A DNA stretch of 64,000 nt from Squalus acanthias (lineage: Eukaryota). Each line of letters opens with the position of its first letter. The stretch's first letter is position 1. Both the position numbers and the translations under genes were made by a program. Where the stretch lies: positions 66,528,001 to 66,592,000 of the forward strand of contig CM059432.1 in the NCBI GenBank assembly GCA_030390025.1, read 5' to 3'. The notes below the pieces were generated by a model. That model did not search any database and was not told where the DNA came from. It saw only the letters and a program-made list of their open reading frames with translations. Shown here piece by piece: positions 34,286-45,649 of the stretch.

Positions 34286-35341
34286 GTGAGTGTTGCAGCA
34301 GTGATAAGTATGTGAGGGTGAAGTGAAGCCATGATTGTGAGGTATGAGCGGTGATAGGTAGAGATTGTTGGTAGATGAGTGATGGGGGTATGGTGCATTG
34401 AGCTGTGCTTGAGACTTGTGGTGCAGATGGTGTGATATGGCATTTGCTGAAGCGTTCACTCACCTTGACCTGCCGTGTGAGGTCATTAAACCTCTTTTGG
34501 CTTTGGATCCACTGATGGCCGTGACGGAGTTAGCTGTCTCCTCCCAGAGCCTTCTGCAAGTAGCCTTGGATGGCTTCCTGCCACCCTGCGGGAACAGTAC
34601 AGCCGGCCTTCATTGAAAGGCCACAACCAAGGCCTTGAGTGCAGCATCCGAGAACCTTTGTGCCCTCTCCCTAGGTTGCTGTGCCACGTCGGATGACCCT
34701 AGGTGGGTAATGCCTCCTGTTGAGATCCCTCCTGGCCCTCCTCCTCCTCCCTCTGTGCACATCTTCTCCTCTTTTTCGCTGCCTCTGCTCCCTCTCCTGA
34801 AGATACTCAAGCATGAGGGGGTCTGCCAGTAGAGCCCTCATGACTGTGAGCAAGTGATGGGAGCAGAAGCCTTTAAATGAGAATGAAGCTGTTTTCTACT
34901 TGCACCAACACTCCCTGTCACCTCAGGAACTTGAAACAAGTTTAGAAGCTGCAAGAGTTGCAGAAAGTTACACAGAGCCAGTCAAACTGATAAACCATGT
35001 CAGCTGCAAGTTGTTGATGAACCCTTTAAATAACGCTGCTGGTGGCTCTTTCCTGCTGCTGAACACTTGGTCAGCTGGTCATGATTAAGAGAGGGCAGTA
35101 AGCAGAGCGACCTGTGAAAATGGTAGATCATGTGTCAAGTGAGCGTTGCACACTCATTTAACGTCACGATCTGCCTAATCTAAATATCTGCAGTGTGCAC
35201 AGGCATCGGCAGCGCTGCCAACCTGCCCAAAATGGCAGCCGCCATGGGGACCCGCCAGATGCGGGCGGATGCATGGCGACCGCCATTTTTCCTTCAAAAT
35301 GGGCCTTAATGGCCAGTGCTAAACCCCCGAATTTCTAGGCC
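34286..35341 (-). mobile_element. Rearranged Harbinger relic: transposase 5' end joined to Myb exon 1
   Basis: The minus strand reads RRRRARRDLNRRHYPPRVI and then AQQPRERAQRFSDAALKALV.., followed by a gtgagt donor near 34462. Terminus gaatttctaggcc ends at 35341. Confidence 0.7.
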
Positions 35342-35774
35342 AATGTGTCCCAGAAAGTCTCTCGATGTGTTTCAAAACTCCTCATCAACCCTCCAGCAGC
35401 AAGTGAACATTAAAAGGCTCCAAATCCCCTGCAACAACTTGTTTACTCCCAATCAGCTGGTCACTGTTAGGAGAAGGCTTTAGGACAAGCACTATCCACC
35501 GAAATGCTGAGCAGCCTCCTTATTGAGCGCTAGCAGGCAATTTAAGTGGCCGTCTTCTGGGTGGCCATTCTTAGCTTCAACCCCTTTACCAAGATGGCGT
35601 CTTGCGCTAAACGTGGGCTAAACCGGCGTTTCCGCTAAAGACCCCATCTTGGCCACCTCAAAGGCTCTTTAGCGCCTAAAGTATCCAGGGAAAATCGTTT
35701 TTTTGAAAATTACTTTTTTGAAACAGGCGAGTTGGAATCAATTTGAAATGTAATGAGATAAAGTTGTTCATCTT

Positions 35775-35910
35775 CCAGTTCCGATAAAAGGTCATCAACC
35801 TGAAATATTAACTGGGTTTCTCTCTCCACAGATGCTGCCTGACCTGCTGAATGTTTCCAGCATTTTCTGTTTTTATTTCAGATTTCCAGGATCTGCAGTA
35901 TTTTGCTTTT
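35775..35910 (+). mobile_element. Short Penelope-related repeat with a degenerate hammerhead
   Basis: ccagtt-CCGATAA-aaggtcatcaacct-GAAA-tatt-aactgg, then tctctccacagatgctgcctgacctgctg..cattttctgtttttatttcagatttccag. Confidence 0.7.
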
Positions 35911-36594
35911 GGTCAGAGATGTCCTTGTCTTTGATTGAGACCATGGGAGTAAAACGGCCATGAGAGATCAGAAGGTCGAGAAGGTGACTGTAACTATGGT
36001 TACGAGAGTTAAGTCCTAATTTTTTTTTTAAATAGCTCAAAGCTAGGTTGTTGTTAAATTGGCCGGTGAAGAAACGGCTTTCGATGTTCACCTCGTGTAA
36101 TGCTGCCCATAGACTTTTAGCGGGGTTATGAGTGCAGATTTCCAGTTTTCCAGCATCTGTTTGAATTCGGCGCCCTCTACAGGGGATCTGTGATGTCTGT
36201 GAGTAAGTGAAGCAGCAGGAAGGCCGTTCAACCAATCAGATTGAAGAATCCTCACAGACAGCAAAGCAGGAAGTAAAAAACATGAAATATAAATTACATT
36301 TAAATTATTGTACGGGAAGCAAAATAAAGATTGGGTCATACACATGAGATTTAAGGAGAAGACATAAAAGAGCAAAACACAAAAACTATTTTTATTTGTT
36401 TTTTAAAATATGCATATTAATTTTCCTCTGAAGGAATGAGACTCTACACTTGTAAATTAATTTTTTAGGGCCACAGAGGTTGTTCAACAATAATTATGAC
36501 TTACTATGCTGTTAAAAACTCAGTTACTCCTGATTGAACAAGACTTAAGTTTTTCATCAGTCTTTAGTGTGAGGATAGTAGGTAATTAACCTAA

Positions 36595-38975
36595 TTAGCC
36601 CTATTCAGCCTGCGCCTCACAAACAACCTGACGACTCCCAGTGATGCAGAGACACAGAGTGTCCACAGTGCCTGGTCTGCACTCAAGGCTTCCTTAATCA
36701 GCACCTGTGAAGAGACACTCGGTCACTTGACCAGGAAACACCAAGATTGGTTCGACGAGAATGACCAGGAGGTCCAGGAGCTAATAAGCCACAAGCGCAA
36801 GGCATTCCTGATCTGGAAACAGCAACACAACTCGAGAGCAAGAAAGCAGCTCTAAAGACGCCTGAAGGCCGAGGTCCAACAAAAAACTCGCGACCTAAAG
36901 AACAGATGGTGGGTGGAGAAAGCACAGGAGATCCAGCAGCTAGCCGACAGCCATGACGTGCGTGGATTCTTTAGTGCAGTCAAGACCATCTATGGCCCAA
37001 GCACCCAAGGTCCTACCCCACTGCGGGCCAAGAATGGAGAGGTACTCATCAAGGACAGAGAGACAGTCAGTGCCCGCTGGAAGGAACAGTTTGAAGATCT
37101 CCTTAACCGAGACTCTGACTTTGATGCAAGTATCCACAACTCCATCCCACAGCATGCTACCCGCCACCACCTCAGCACAACCCCAGCCCAGCATGAGGTT
37201 GAAAAGGTCATCCGACAACTGAAGAACAACAAGGCCTCAGGAGCAGATGGCATCCCTGCCGAGGCACTAAAGCATGGCGGAGAAGCACTACTGCCGCTAA
37301 TTCATGAACTCATTTCTCTTATCTGGAAGGAGGAGAGCATGCCAGGGGATCTCAGAGATGCCGTAATTGTGACCATCTTCAAGAAAGGTGACAAGTCCGA
37401 TTGGGGTAATTACAGAGGAGTTTCCCTGCTGTCTGCCACAGGGAAAGTCATTGCAAGAATCCTCCTCAATTGCCTTCTCCCAGTGGCCGAAGAGCTCCTC
37501 CCAGAGTCGCAATGCGGATTCCGCCCACTAAGGGGCATAATGGACATGATCTTCACTGCACGTCAATTACAACAGAAATGCAGGGAACAGCCCCAACCGC
37601 TGTACATGGCCGCCTTTGATCTCACAAAGGCCTTCAACACTGTCAACCGTGAGGGATTATGGAGTGCCCTCCTCAAATTCGGCTGCCCTCAAAAGTTTGT
37701 CACCATCCTCCGCCTGCTTCATGACGACATGCAAGCCGTGATCCTGACCAACGGTTCCACCACAGATACAATTCACGTACGGACCGGGGGCAAGCAAGGC
37801 TGTGTCATCGCACCAACGCTCTTCTCGATCTTCCTTGCTGCAATGCTTCATCTCACCCTCAGTAAGCTCCCCGCTGGAGTGGAGCTAATTTACAGAACAA
37901 ATGGGAAACTGTTCAACCTCCGTCGCCTCCAGTCCAGATCCAAGGTCGTCCCATCCTCTGTCATCGAATTACAGTATGCAGACGACGCTTGCGTCTATGC
38001 TCACTCAGAGGTCGAACTCCAAACCATCGTCAACACCTTCACCGAAGTGTACGAGAGCATGGGCCTTACACTAAACATCCGTAAGACAAAGGTCCTCTAC
38101 CAACCTGCCCCCGCCACACAGTACTGCCCCCCAATTATCAAAATCCACGACAAGGCCTTGGACAATGTGGACCACTTTCAATACCTCGGGAGCCTACTGT
38201 CAACAAGGGCAGACGTCGATGATGAAGTCCAACACTGCCTTCAGTGTGCCAGTGCAGCCTTCGGTCACCTGAGGAAGAGAGTGTTTGAAGACCAGGACCT
38301 CAAACTCGGCACTAAGCTCATGGTCTACAGAGCAGCAGTGATACCCGCCCTGCTGTATGCCTCAGAGACATGGACCATGTACAGCAGGCACCTCAAAGCA
38401 CTGGAGAGGTACCACCAACGCTGCCTCCGCAAGATTCTGCAAATCCATTGGCAGGATAGGCGCAACAATGTCAGTGTTCTCACTCAGGCCAACATCCACA
38501 GCATCAAAGTTTTGACCACAGTCGATCAGCTCCGATGGACGGGTCACATTGTCCGCATGCCCGATACGAGACTCCCAAAACAGGTGCTCTACTCGGAGCT
38601 CCGACATGACAAGGGAGCCCCAGGTGGGCAGAGGAAACGCTTCAAGGACACCCTCAAAGCCTCCTTGAAAACGTGCAACATCCCCACTGACACCTGGAAA
38701 TCCCTGGCCCAAGACCACACAAAGTGGAGGAGAAGCATCCGGGAAGGCGCCGAACACCTCGAGGTTCTTCGCCGGGAGCAAGCGGAAGCCAAGCGCAGGC
38801 AGCGGAAGGAGCGCATGTCAACCCAAGCACCCCACCCACCCGCCCCTTCAACCACCGTCTGCCCCACCTGTGACAGAGACTGTAGGTCCTGCACTGGACT
38901 CATCAGTCACCTGAGAACTCATTTTTAATGTGGAAGCAAGTCAACCTCGGTTCTGAGGGACTGCCTAAGAAGAAG
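36595..38975 (+). mobile_element. 5'-truncated RTE-clade LINE inserted in a non-autonomous Harbinger-like element
   Basis: (AAG)n 3' tail. TSD-like aattaacctaa (36584-36594) and aattagcctaa (38976-38986). The host element terminus gcaaaatccaggac ends at 39198. Confidence 0.9.
36913..38928 (+). CDS. RTE reverse transcriptase plus C-terminal C2H2 motif (671 open codons, endonuclease absent)
   Basis: KASGADGIP, NYRGVSLLS, QCGFR, DLTKAF, KQGCVIAPTLF, QYADD, LLYASETW and CPTCDRDC..LISHLRTH. Confidence 0.88.
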   Translation: MEKAQEIQQLADSHDVRGFFSAVKTIYGPSTQGPTPLRAKNGEVLIKDRETVSARWKEQFEDLLNRDSDFDASIHNSIPQHATRHHLSTTPAQHEVEKVIRQLKNNKASGADGIPAEALKHGGEALLPLIHELISLIWKEESMPGDLRDAVIVTIFKKGDKSDWGNYRGVSLLSATGKVIARILLNCLLPVAEELLPESQCGFRPLRGIMDMIFTARQLQQKCREQPQPLYMAAFDLTKAFNTVNREGLWSALLKFGCPQKFVTILRLLHDDMQAVILTNGSTTDTIHVRTGGKQGCVIAPTLFSIFLAAMLHLTLSKLPAGVELIYRTNGKLFNLRRLQSRSKVVPSSVIELQYADDACVYAHSEVELQTIVNTFTEVYESMGLTLNIRKTKVLYQPAPATQYCPPIIKIHDKALDNVDHFQYLGSLLSTRADVDDEVQHCLQCASAAFGHLRKRVFEDQDLKLGTKLMVYRAAVIPALLYASETWTMYSRHLKALERYHQRCLRKILQIHWQDRRNNVSVLTQANIHSIKVLTTVDQLRWTGHIVRMPDTRLPKQVLYSELRHDKGAPGGQRKRFKDTLKASLKTCNIPTDTWKSLAQDHTKWRRSIREGAEHLEVLRREQAEAKRRQRKERMSTQAPHPPAPSTTVCPTCDRDCRSCTGLISHLRTHF

Positions 38976-39327
38976 AATTAGCCTAAGTACACACCATCAC
39001 TGTGATCTCTGTGCAGATTCCATCGGTGAAGACTGCAACTGTGCAGCCTGTGGAGGAGTAGGATATCACTGACAGCAACTTCCGGATTTCTGCGTTTAAT
39101 TGCGCATGTGCGGACGGCAGAAATTGCTGCCAGATTTGCCCAGTAATAACAGCGAATGCTGTCAGCTTTGCCATTATTACTACCGCAAAATCCAGGACAA
39201 TGTCTTTTGACCCACAGTGAATATAATACTGCCACATATATGAGTGAGGAAGATTAGAGTATAATGAAGAGAATACTGTAATTTCTTGATATTTTTACTA
39301 TGGAGCATTGAAATAGATGAACTTAAA

Positions 39328-41618
39328 GGGCTGGATTTTGCCAATGGGGAGCTTTTGGAGGCGGGACTGCTGCTTGTCGGGTCATTGTTCACCTCCATCG
39401 ACTTCTGGCCAACCCACGCTATTTTCCCTTGATTGACCTTGTTGAGCCCGCCCACCGGGCTTAGCAGGCCAATTAAGGGGAAGTCGATTACAGAGAACGT
39501 CAGCGTATGACGTTTCATCTGTCAAAATTTTTGACAGATGAATTGTCATCGTTTGACAGCTCTGTGAAGCTGTCAAACACTGACATTCTCTGTTGTTTGA
39601 TGAGTCCTTGTATTCAAGACTCATCAAACCTCTTTTGTGAGCAGAAATTAGATGGTTGTTGCAGCCCATCTGTCATCTCTGCCAGTGAGATGCGAGACTC
39701 TCCGCATCCCCAACTGTTGAAGTCTGCAGGAAGAAACAAAGGTAAGTAAACTTTTTCTATCACTTACCACTCACCTCACATACTTACCCCTCCACACTTG
39801 CACCCATCACTTACCTCCACAGCACACTTATGCACCCCTCCAACCCCCCGCAGACCCACTGCTTGCCTCGGTGAACCTGGCGGGGTTTCCCGACGTCGGG
39901 AAGCCCGCGCCTCTGGTGGCAAAATGGGGATAATCCTTTTAACTGCCTGTTAACTACCTGTTAACAGGCAGTTAAGTGGCTGTAATCCCCTTCCCACTTC
40001 CAGGAGACGGGACCCGGCATGGGTTGAAGGGGTAATTACAAGTCCTAGCCCTTTTCAGGCCATCCCAGATCAGGCGTATTCCCCAGACGTGCCCCTTCAA
40101 CTAAAGTTAGAGATCCTATAAGACACTTAATTGGGTCTAAAGGTCTAGACTATCTCTCCCTAAAGGAAAGAAATGGCTTGAAGATATTACCGTCCTCCAG
40201 ATAGCACTTTTAATAAGTTTAACTAGACTGTAACCTTCTGGATATTATGAGGGTCCAGAAAACCCCCAGAATTCTGCAACTCCTCCCAAAAGAGTGTACA
40301 GAGATTTGAGTTTGCGAGTTTGATACAGAAGTACTCTGTGAGACAATTCTAAAATATATAGATTTATTAAGGAACCGACATTTAGTTAAGAGTTGGTGAG
40401 TCAATCGCAACTTTAACAGTTCAAATTACAAATAGCTTACAATTCTTATTCTCAGAGATCCTTATTCTCAAATCTTAACTTCATTACATTTTTACATTTC
40501 TATTTATTCTTAATCCAGAATATCCACCAAAATCAAATAAAAGTACCGTTTGATCCCCGAGACTCAAAGAGTTAAAAACTTACAGAGCCTGCCTCTGAAG
40601 CTGAGAATCGCCTGCCCGTTCCAGCGACTTCTGTTTTCCCATTTGAAAATCCCATATCTTATACTCTTTTTGCAGTGGTATCTCCTTTGAAGTTTTCTGC
40701 TGATGTAAGCTAATTATCTCTAGTCAGTCTTTCTGTTGACTTCTTTCTATTCTTACTGTTAGTTCAGCTGCTAACTCTCAGAATCCTGTCTGCTGTATAG
40801 GTGTTTCATAACTTATCATATAAAATGGTTATTACAGATTTATCTCTTTGATGCCATTCTTACGAAGGTCTTCAATTCAATTCTTAATATCCCCTTAACT
40901 GGTTATAAGCAGACGTTATGTCTACTAACTGTTCCATTTTCAACACAAACACAATGTGATTTCTTGGTGTCATCTATTGATATTATATCTTCAAAGTGTT
41001 CTGTAGGTATCATATTTACAATATGTAAATCAAAACCACTTCAACCAGGGTGTTCCATGCATTTCTTAGCTACTTCAATTGGTTGTATATATAATTGTGT
41101 TTCCTGTTTCATTTGATATTACTTTTACAGAGGCACATGGTTTTTTAATGTTCTGTGTTTCTGTTCGAAGTGTTATTTTTTAACACTTTAAACTGGGTAT
41201 AGCATTGTGTTGGTTCCAAACTGCAGACTTCTTGGAAGCAAGCCTTTGCTTCTTCAATAGGGCCATTGTCTCAGTGTCAATAACCATTTCCTATTTCAAA
41301 AGCTTGTCTGGTGTTTACAGCTTTGTGTCAACAAGCTCATCTTATCTCAGAAGCCTGTATTTACAGCTTTGTGTCGTTGAGGCTTTTAGATTTTTAAACC
41401 CAGTTTGTCATATTTTAATAATGTCAGAATTCTGTTCATAGGATGGTGTATTTTTCTGAAATATGGCTATTCCTTTACAGGGTCGGCTACTCGCCTCCTG
41501 GGAAGATGGCACGGAGGTGGGTTGGGGGCGGGAAGGGCACCCACCTCCCAAGATTCTGCCATTTTCCCGGCACTCCTGCCTCCAAACCCGCCTCCCCAGG
41601 GCTGGCAGAATCCAGCCC
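39328..41618. mobile_element. Non-autonomous Harbinger-type element interrupted by a solo LTR
   Basis: TIRs GGGCTGGATTTTGCCA and TGGCAGAATCCAGCCC, the same type as 58056-62323. Confidence 0.8.
40025..41479 (-). mobile_element. Probable solo LTR (1455 bp) of an ERV or LTR retrotransposon
   Basis: Termini TGAAGG...TTTACA. 4-bp TSD GGGT at 40021-40024 and 41480-41483. Minus-strand TATAAG (40663-40658) and AATAAA (40508-40503). The host element is continuous across it. Confidence 0.72.
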
Positions 41619-42535
41619 ATATATCAGAAAAATTCCTGTTAAATCAGCAGATTTCAGATCACAACGTGGATTATACTGTACATGTTGGAAAATACTACCA
41701 TGTAGCATGACCTAGGATCTGGTGTTCTTTGTGAGTTTGTTTAGAGGCTTTGGAAGTAAAAATATTTCAAATATGCAAACAGTTCATTAGTCGACATTGG
41801 CTTTTAAAGAGCTTCTGGTGAATTGTCGAATTTAGAGAGAGATGATTCAATCAGTCTACGATATATTGAGCTACGATGACTTTTGAATTGTATTGACTGA
41901 ATAGCATTAAGACAGGAAACATGAGCAGTTAATCTAAACTCATAAAGCCAATTGCACATCTCAAAATGCAATTGTATCAGAAACTGTAGTCTGAACTACC
42001 TGCCAAATGCAATCAATTAAATGAATCCAGCATATTTTGTCCCTCAAAAGCATTTAGATTTTGCCTGTAGATTAAGTCATTTAGCTTATTGCATAATTTA
42101 TACAGTAGTATGAATTTAAATTAAATATCCTGAAAGCATTTTCTTAAGTCTGTTAAATATATATTGTATATTTATTTAACAGTGTGCTTCTTTGTTGCAG
42201 GTAGAATGACAGAACTTCTTTCTCCACAATATACAGGAAACTCTTTGGTATCCGGCACCGACGGACCGGGGTGGTGCCGGTTGAACAAAAATTCCGGATA
42301 ACGGAGAGTTATATCTACCGAGGCTATTTTTAACAAACAAAAATAAAAAAATCAAGAAATGTGCAGTATACAGTATTTGGGTACTCACTTATAGAATGTT
42401 GTGTTAAATGGATGGTGGGAGATGCTTGATTAAGTACAGTACTGCCAGTTGAGGGTAATCCATAACTCTTTAATTACTTAACAGTAAAACAAAACTTATA
42501 AACGACTGTATACAGTACTGTAGTTGACTGTACAC

Positions 42536-44302
42536 TTATTCCGAGTCAGCTGGTTCATCAGGAATATCCGTGCCAGCTGGGTCATCAGGAACATGCATTT
42601 CCACAGATTCCACAGATTCTTCAGGCACTTCCGCTGCTTCGACTCTTTTGGAAGCTTTCTTAAACATGTTGCGGATGTCGGTTTGCTTAGTGGACTCTTG
42701 CCTTTTCTGTAGAAAGGTGGAATGCAGAATATGGAGTTGCATAACTTCTTGGGCAGAGTAGCAAGTCTGCCTTTCAGCAAATTTGAGGATTGAAGAAAAT
42801 CCTTCTGCAGCTTTAGCCCAAGAAATCTTGTTCTCTTCAGAAATATCATCCTCTTCACTTTCCATCTCACTTTCCTTTTCTTTCTTTGGATTCAAAACAT
42901 TCTCAATTATTTCATCATCACTTAGCATATGCACAACATCAACTTCTCTATCTGCATCAACCCACTGCTTGATATCACTTTCATTGAGGTGACGTAGAGG
43001 GTTTGCTGGGCCTGCATTTTTCACCATGTCAGCCATTTCCATTATTGTACTCTTCTTGGGACGAACATTGAACCCATGAAATTCCTCCTCTGAAGAAGAA
43101 CCTTCAGCAAACATTACAGAAGGCCACAATTTGCGCCAGGCTTGCCTCAGAGTGTGACCTTTCACAAAGTTCCAGGAACATGCAACATTATAGATGGCAT
43201 CTTTAATATTGTATTCCTTCTGAAATGCGTGAATATTGTCATCTTGGTTTATCAGTTTACGTAGGAAGTCTTTCTTGTAATGACACTTCAGATTTTGGAT
43301 AACGCCCTGACCCATGGGTTGGATGAGAGAAGTTACATTTGGTGGCAAATAAATGGTGAAAATATTTCCCGAAACCAACTCGGATTCATACGGATGGGCT
43401 CTACAATTATCAAGCAATAAAATGCATTTGCTATCTTCAGGTTTCCCTATTTTACGGAAATGTTCCCTCACAGATGGAACAAAAATATGATGGAACCAAT
43501 CGAAGAAGATTTCCTTATCCATCCAAGCAGTTTTTTGAGCTTTGTACTCAACAGGTAAGTGCCTCACATTTTTAAATGCACAGGGATTTTTATACTTCCC
43601 AAAAACAAGAAGTTTAACCCGGTGTGATCCAGCAGCGTTCGCACATGTTAGCACGGTTACACGATCTTTATTTTTCTTGTAACCTGAAGCATTAGCCTCA
43701 CTAGCCCCAGCAAACGTTGATTCTGGCAAAAACCTCCAAAACAAGCCAATTTCATCGGCATTATATATCTGTGCTGGCGACAAATCATGATGCTGCACAA
43801 TCCGATTGAAATAATCGCAGTATTCTTCTGCGGTGTCGTGATCAGCTGATTTCTTCTCCCCAGAAATATCGAGTCGTCGTATCCTGTGCCGTAACTTGAA
43901 GCACGTTAGCCATCCCTCGGAGAAAGCACACTTGTCAGTGAGCTCCATCCTTTCATAGAAATCCTTCGCTTTCTCGATTAGCATGGGTTCGGAAATTGGA
44001 GCACCCTCTGAACGCTTAAGAGAAAACCATTCATAAAGCACGGTATCCAGCTCTTCAAGCTTAGGCTTATGAAGCGTACGCTGTTTCTCTACACTCTTAC
44101 ATGTCTCCGAGCTTGAATAAAACTTGAGCAGCTTATCCTTCTGCGATTTGATGTCGTAGATTGTTGACGAACCGATTTTGAATTCATTCATAATGTTGAT
44201 ACGCTTCTCTCCCCTTTCTAGTCATTGGCATATCTCAATTTTCTGTTTTAAAGTTAAGACCACTCTCTTCCTTTTGCTTGGACCAGCTTTTGGGAATTCC
44301 AT
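42536..44302 (-). pseudogene. CENP-B/Jerky-like pogo transposase with a premature TGA at 44222-44224 and the third catalytic D replaced
   Basis: ATG 44302 gives MEFPKAGPSKRKRVVLTLKQKIEICQ*. CENP-B-type [23 protein letters not shown] and QPMGQG (canonical QPxDQG). Confidence 0.85.
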
Positions 44303-44340
44303 AATGCAAGATGGGGGAGATAATTCCCGATAAAGATGGA

Positions 44341-44488
44341 GAGACACACAGAACAATGGTGGCTAGGAAGAGACTACCAGCAGCGCGGGAGACACACAGT
44401 AAAATGGTGGATCAGAAGAGACTACCAGCAGCGCGGGAGACACACAGTAAAATGGCCGATCAGAAGAGACTCCCGGCAGCGCGGGAGA
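44341..44488. repeat. 3 x 48-bp tandem repeat upstream of the Tigger transposase
   Basis: Units of gagacacacagtaaaatggtggatcagaagagactaccagcagcgcgg with a few substitutions. Confidence 0.9.
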
Positions 44489-45384
44489 ATCAGACTCCTG
44501 TTATTGCAGTGTTCGGACTTCCGACAGCGCCAGGAAGCCGAGTAGTGGCACTTTGGAGAACTACCCCCACTGACTAACTCAGCGTTCGCGGGAGACTCGG
44601 ACTCGGACTCGGCAACATTGCCGGTTATTTGAGAGGAGTTTTCGGAGTATGATTTTTGCCGGTTAATAGAGAATTCCGGATATTTAGGTGCCGTTTAAAC
44701 GAGAGTTTCCTGTAATGTAAATGTGTAAGTGGCTTATGAGAAGATATTTGTAAAGCCTTAAGGAAACTGTTGAACTGTCAGTTTGCAATCGGCTAATCTT
44801 AGAATTCCTCAAGGACCTTTGGGTCAAAGGCTGAAAAGTGTTTTATTCTCTCGAGTTTTGTCAATGTCAGAAGAATCATTTAAAATGTTTTTACTAATAG
44901 GAACGAAAGCAAGTGATGGAAAAGAAGTGATGGAAAAGGTGTTTTGAAAAACTGAGGTTTGATTGAAAGATATTAAATACTGTTTCATGAAATTTGTTGG
45001 CACTTACAGTGTAGGACCCTGAAGTGTGCACTGCTCCAGTCTTTCATTTTGTTTTCCATACAACGTAGCATTGCAAATAGCAAGACAATTTAATAACTAA
45101 GTAAATAAAAGGGAGTCCCATTAAAACACTGGTTGAAGATGGGATATTGTGGATGTTTTTAGTTTTTGGACCTAGTATTGGCCTAAGTTAAGCTTTCTAA
45201 CAGTGAGGAAACCAGCTCGGACTTGCATGATGAAAGTCTCCTCTCTCTGGCGGCCCTAAGAATTTGAGTTTGAACAATTTCACACTAATTACATATGCAC
45301 AGGTCACGATTGTGCACAATTTGGCACAAGTTAATATGTAATTTGCAATTTTACTGAATTTCATTCAGTGAAGTCATACGATAA

Positions 45385-45516
45385 TAAAAAGGAAAAATTG
45401 CAAATGCAGGAAATCTGAAATAAAAACAGAAAATGCTGGAAAGGTAGCAGGTCAGTTAGCACCTGTAAAGAGAAAAGAGGAGTATGACATTCCAGGTGTG
45501 TAACACTTCATCAGTT
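45385..45516 (-). mobile_element. Short Penelope-related repeat with a degenerate hammerhead
   Basis: The minus strand reads CTGATGA-agtgttacacacct-GGAA. The body ggaaatctgaaataaaaacagaaaatgctggaa matches the other copies. Confidence 0.6.
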
Positions 45517-45649
45517 ATAAAATGATTGTGTAAGATAAAAAAGTTCATATGTATGCTAAGTCTACACTTCTGTGGTTGGATGAAGGCACATTATTTGGAT
45601 TAAGGCAGAGCTCAAAGAGCTTTATTTTGCATCTGACCCATGATCTATC

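Larger units (their letters stand above)
42234..44712 (-). mobile_element. Tigger/pogo (Tc1-mariner superfamily) DNA transposon, full length
   Basis: 26-bp imperfect TIRs CAGGAAACTCT..GGCACC. TA TSD at 42232-42233 and 44713-44714. Confidence 0.93.
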
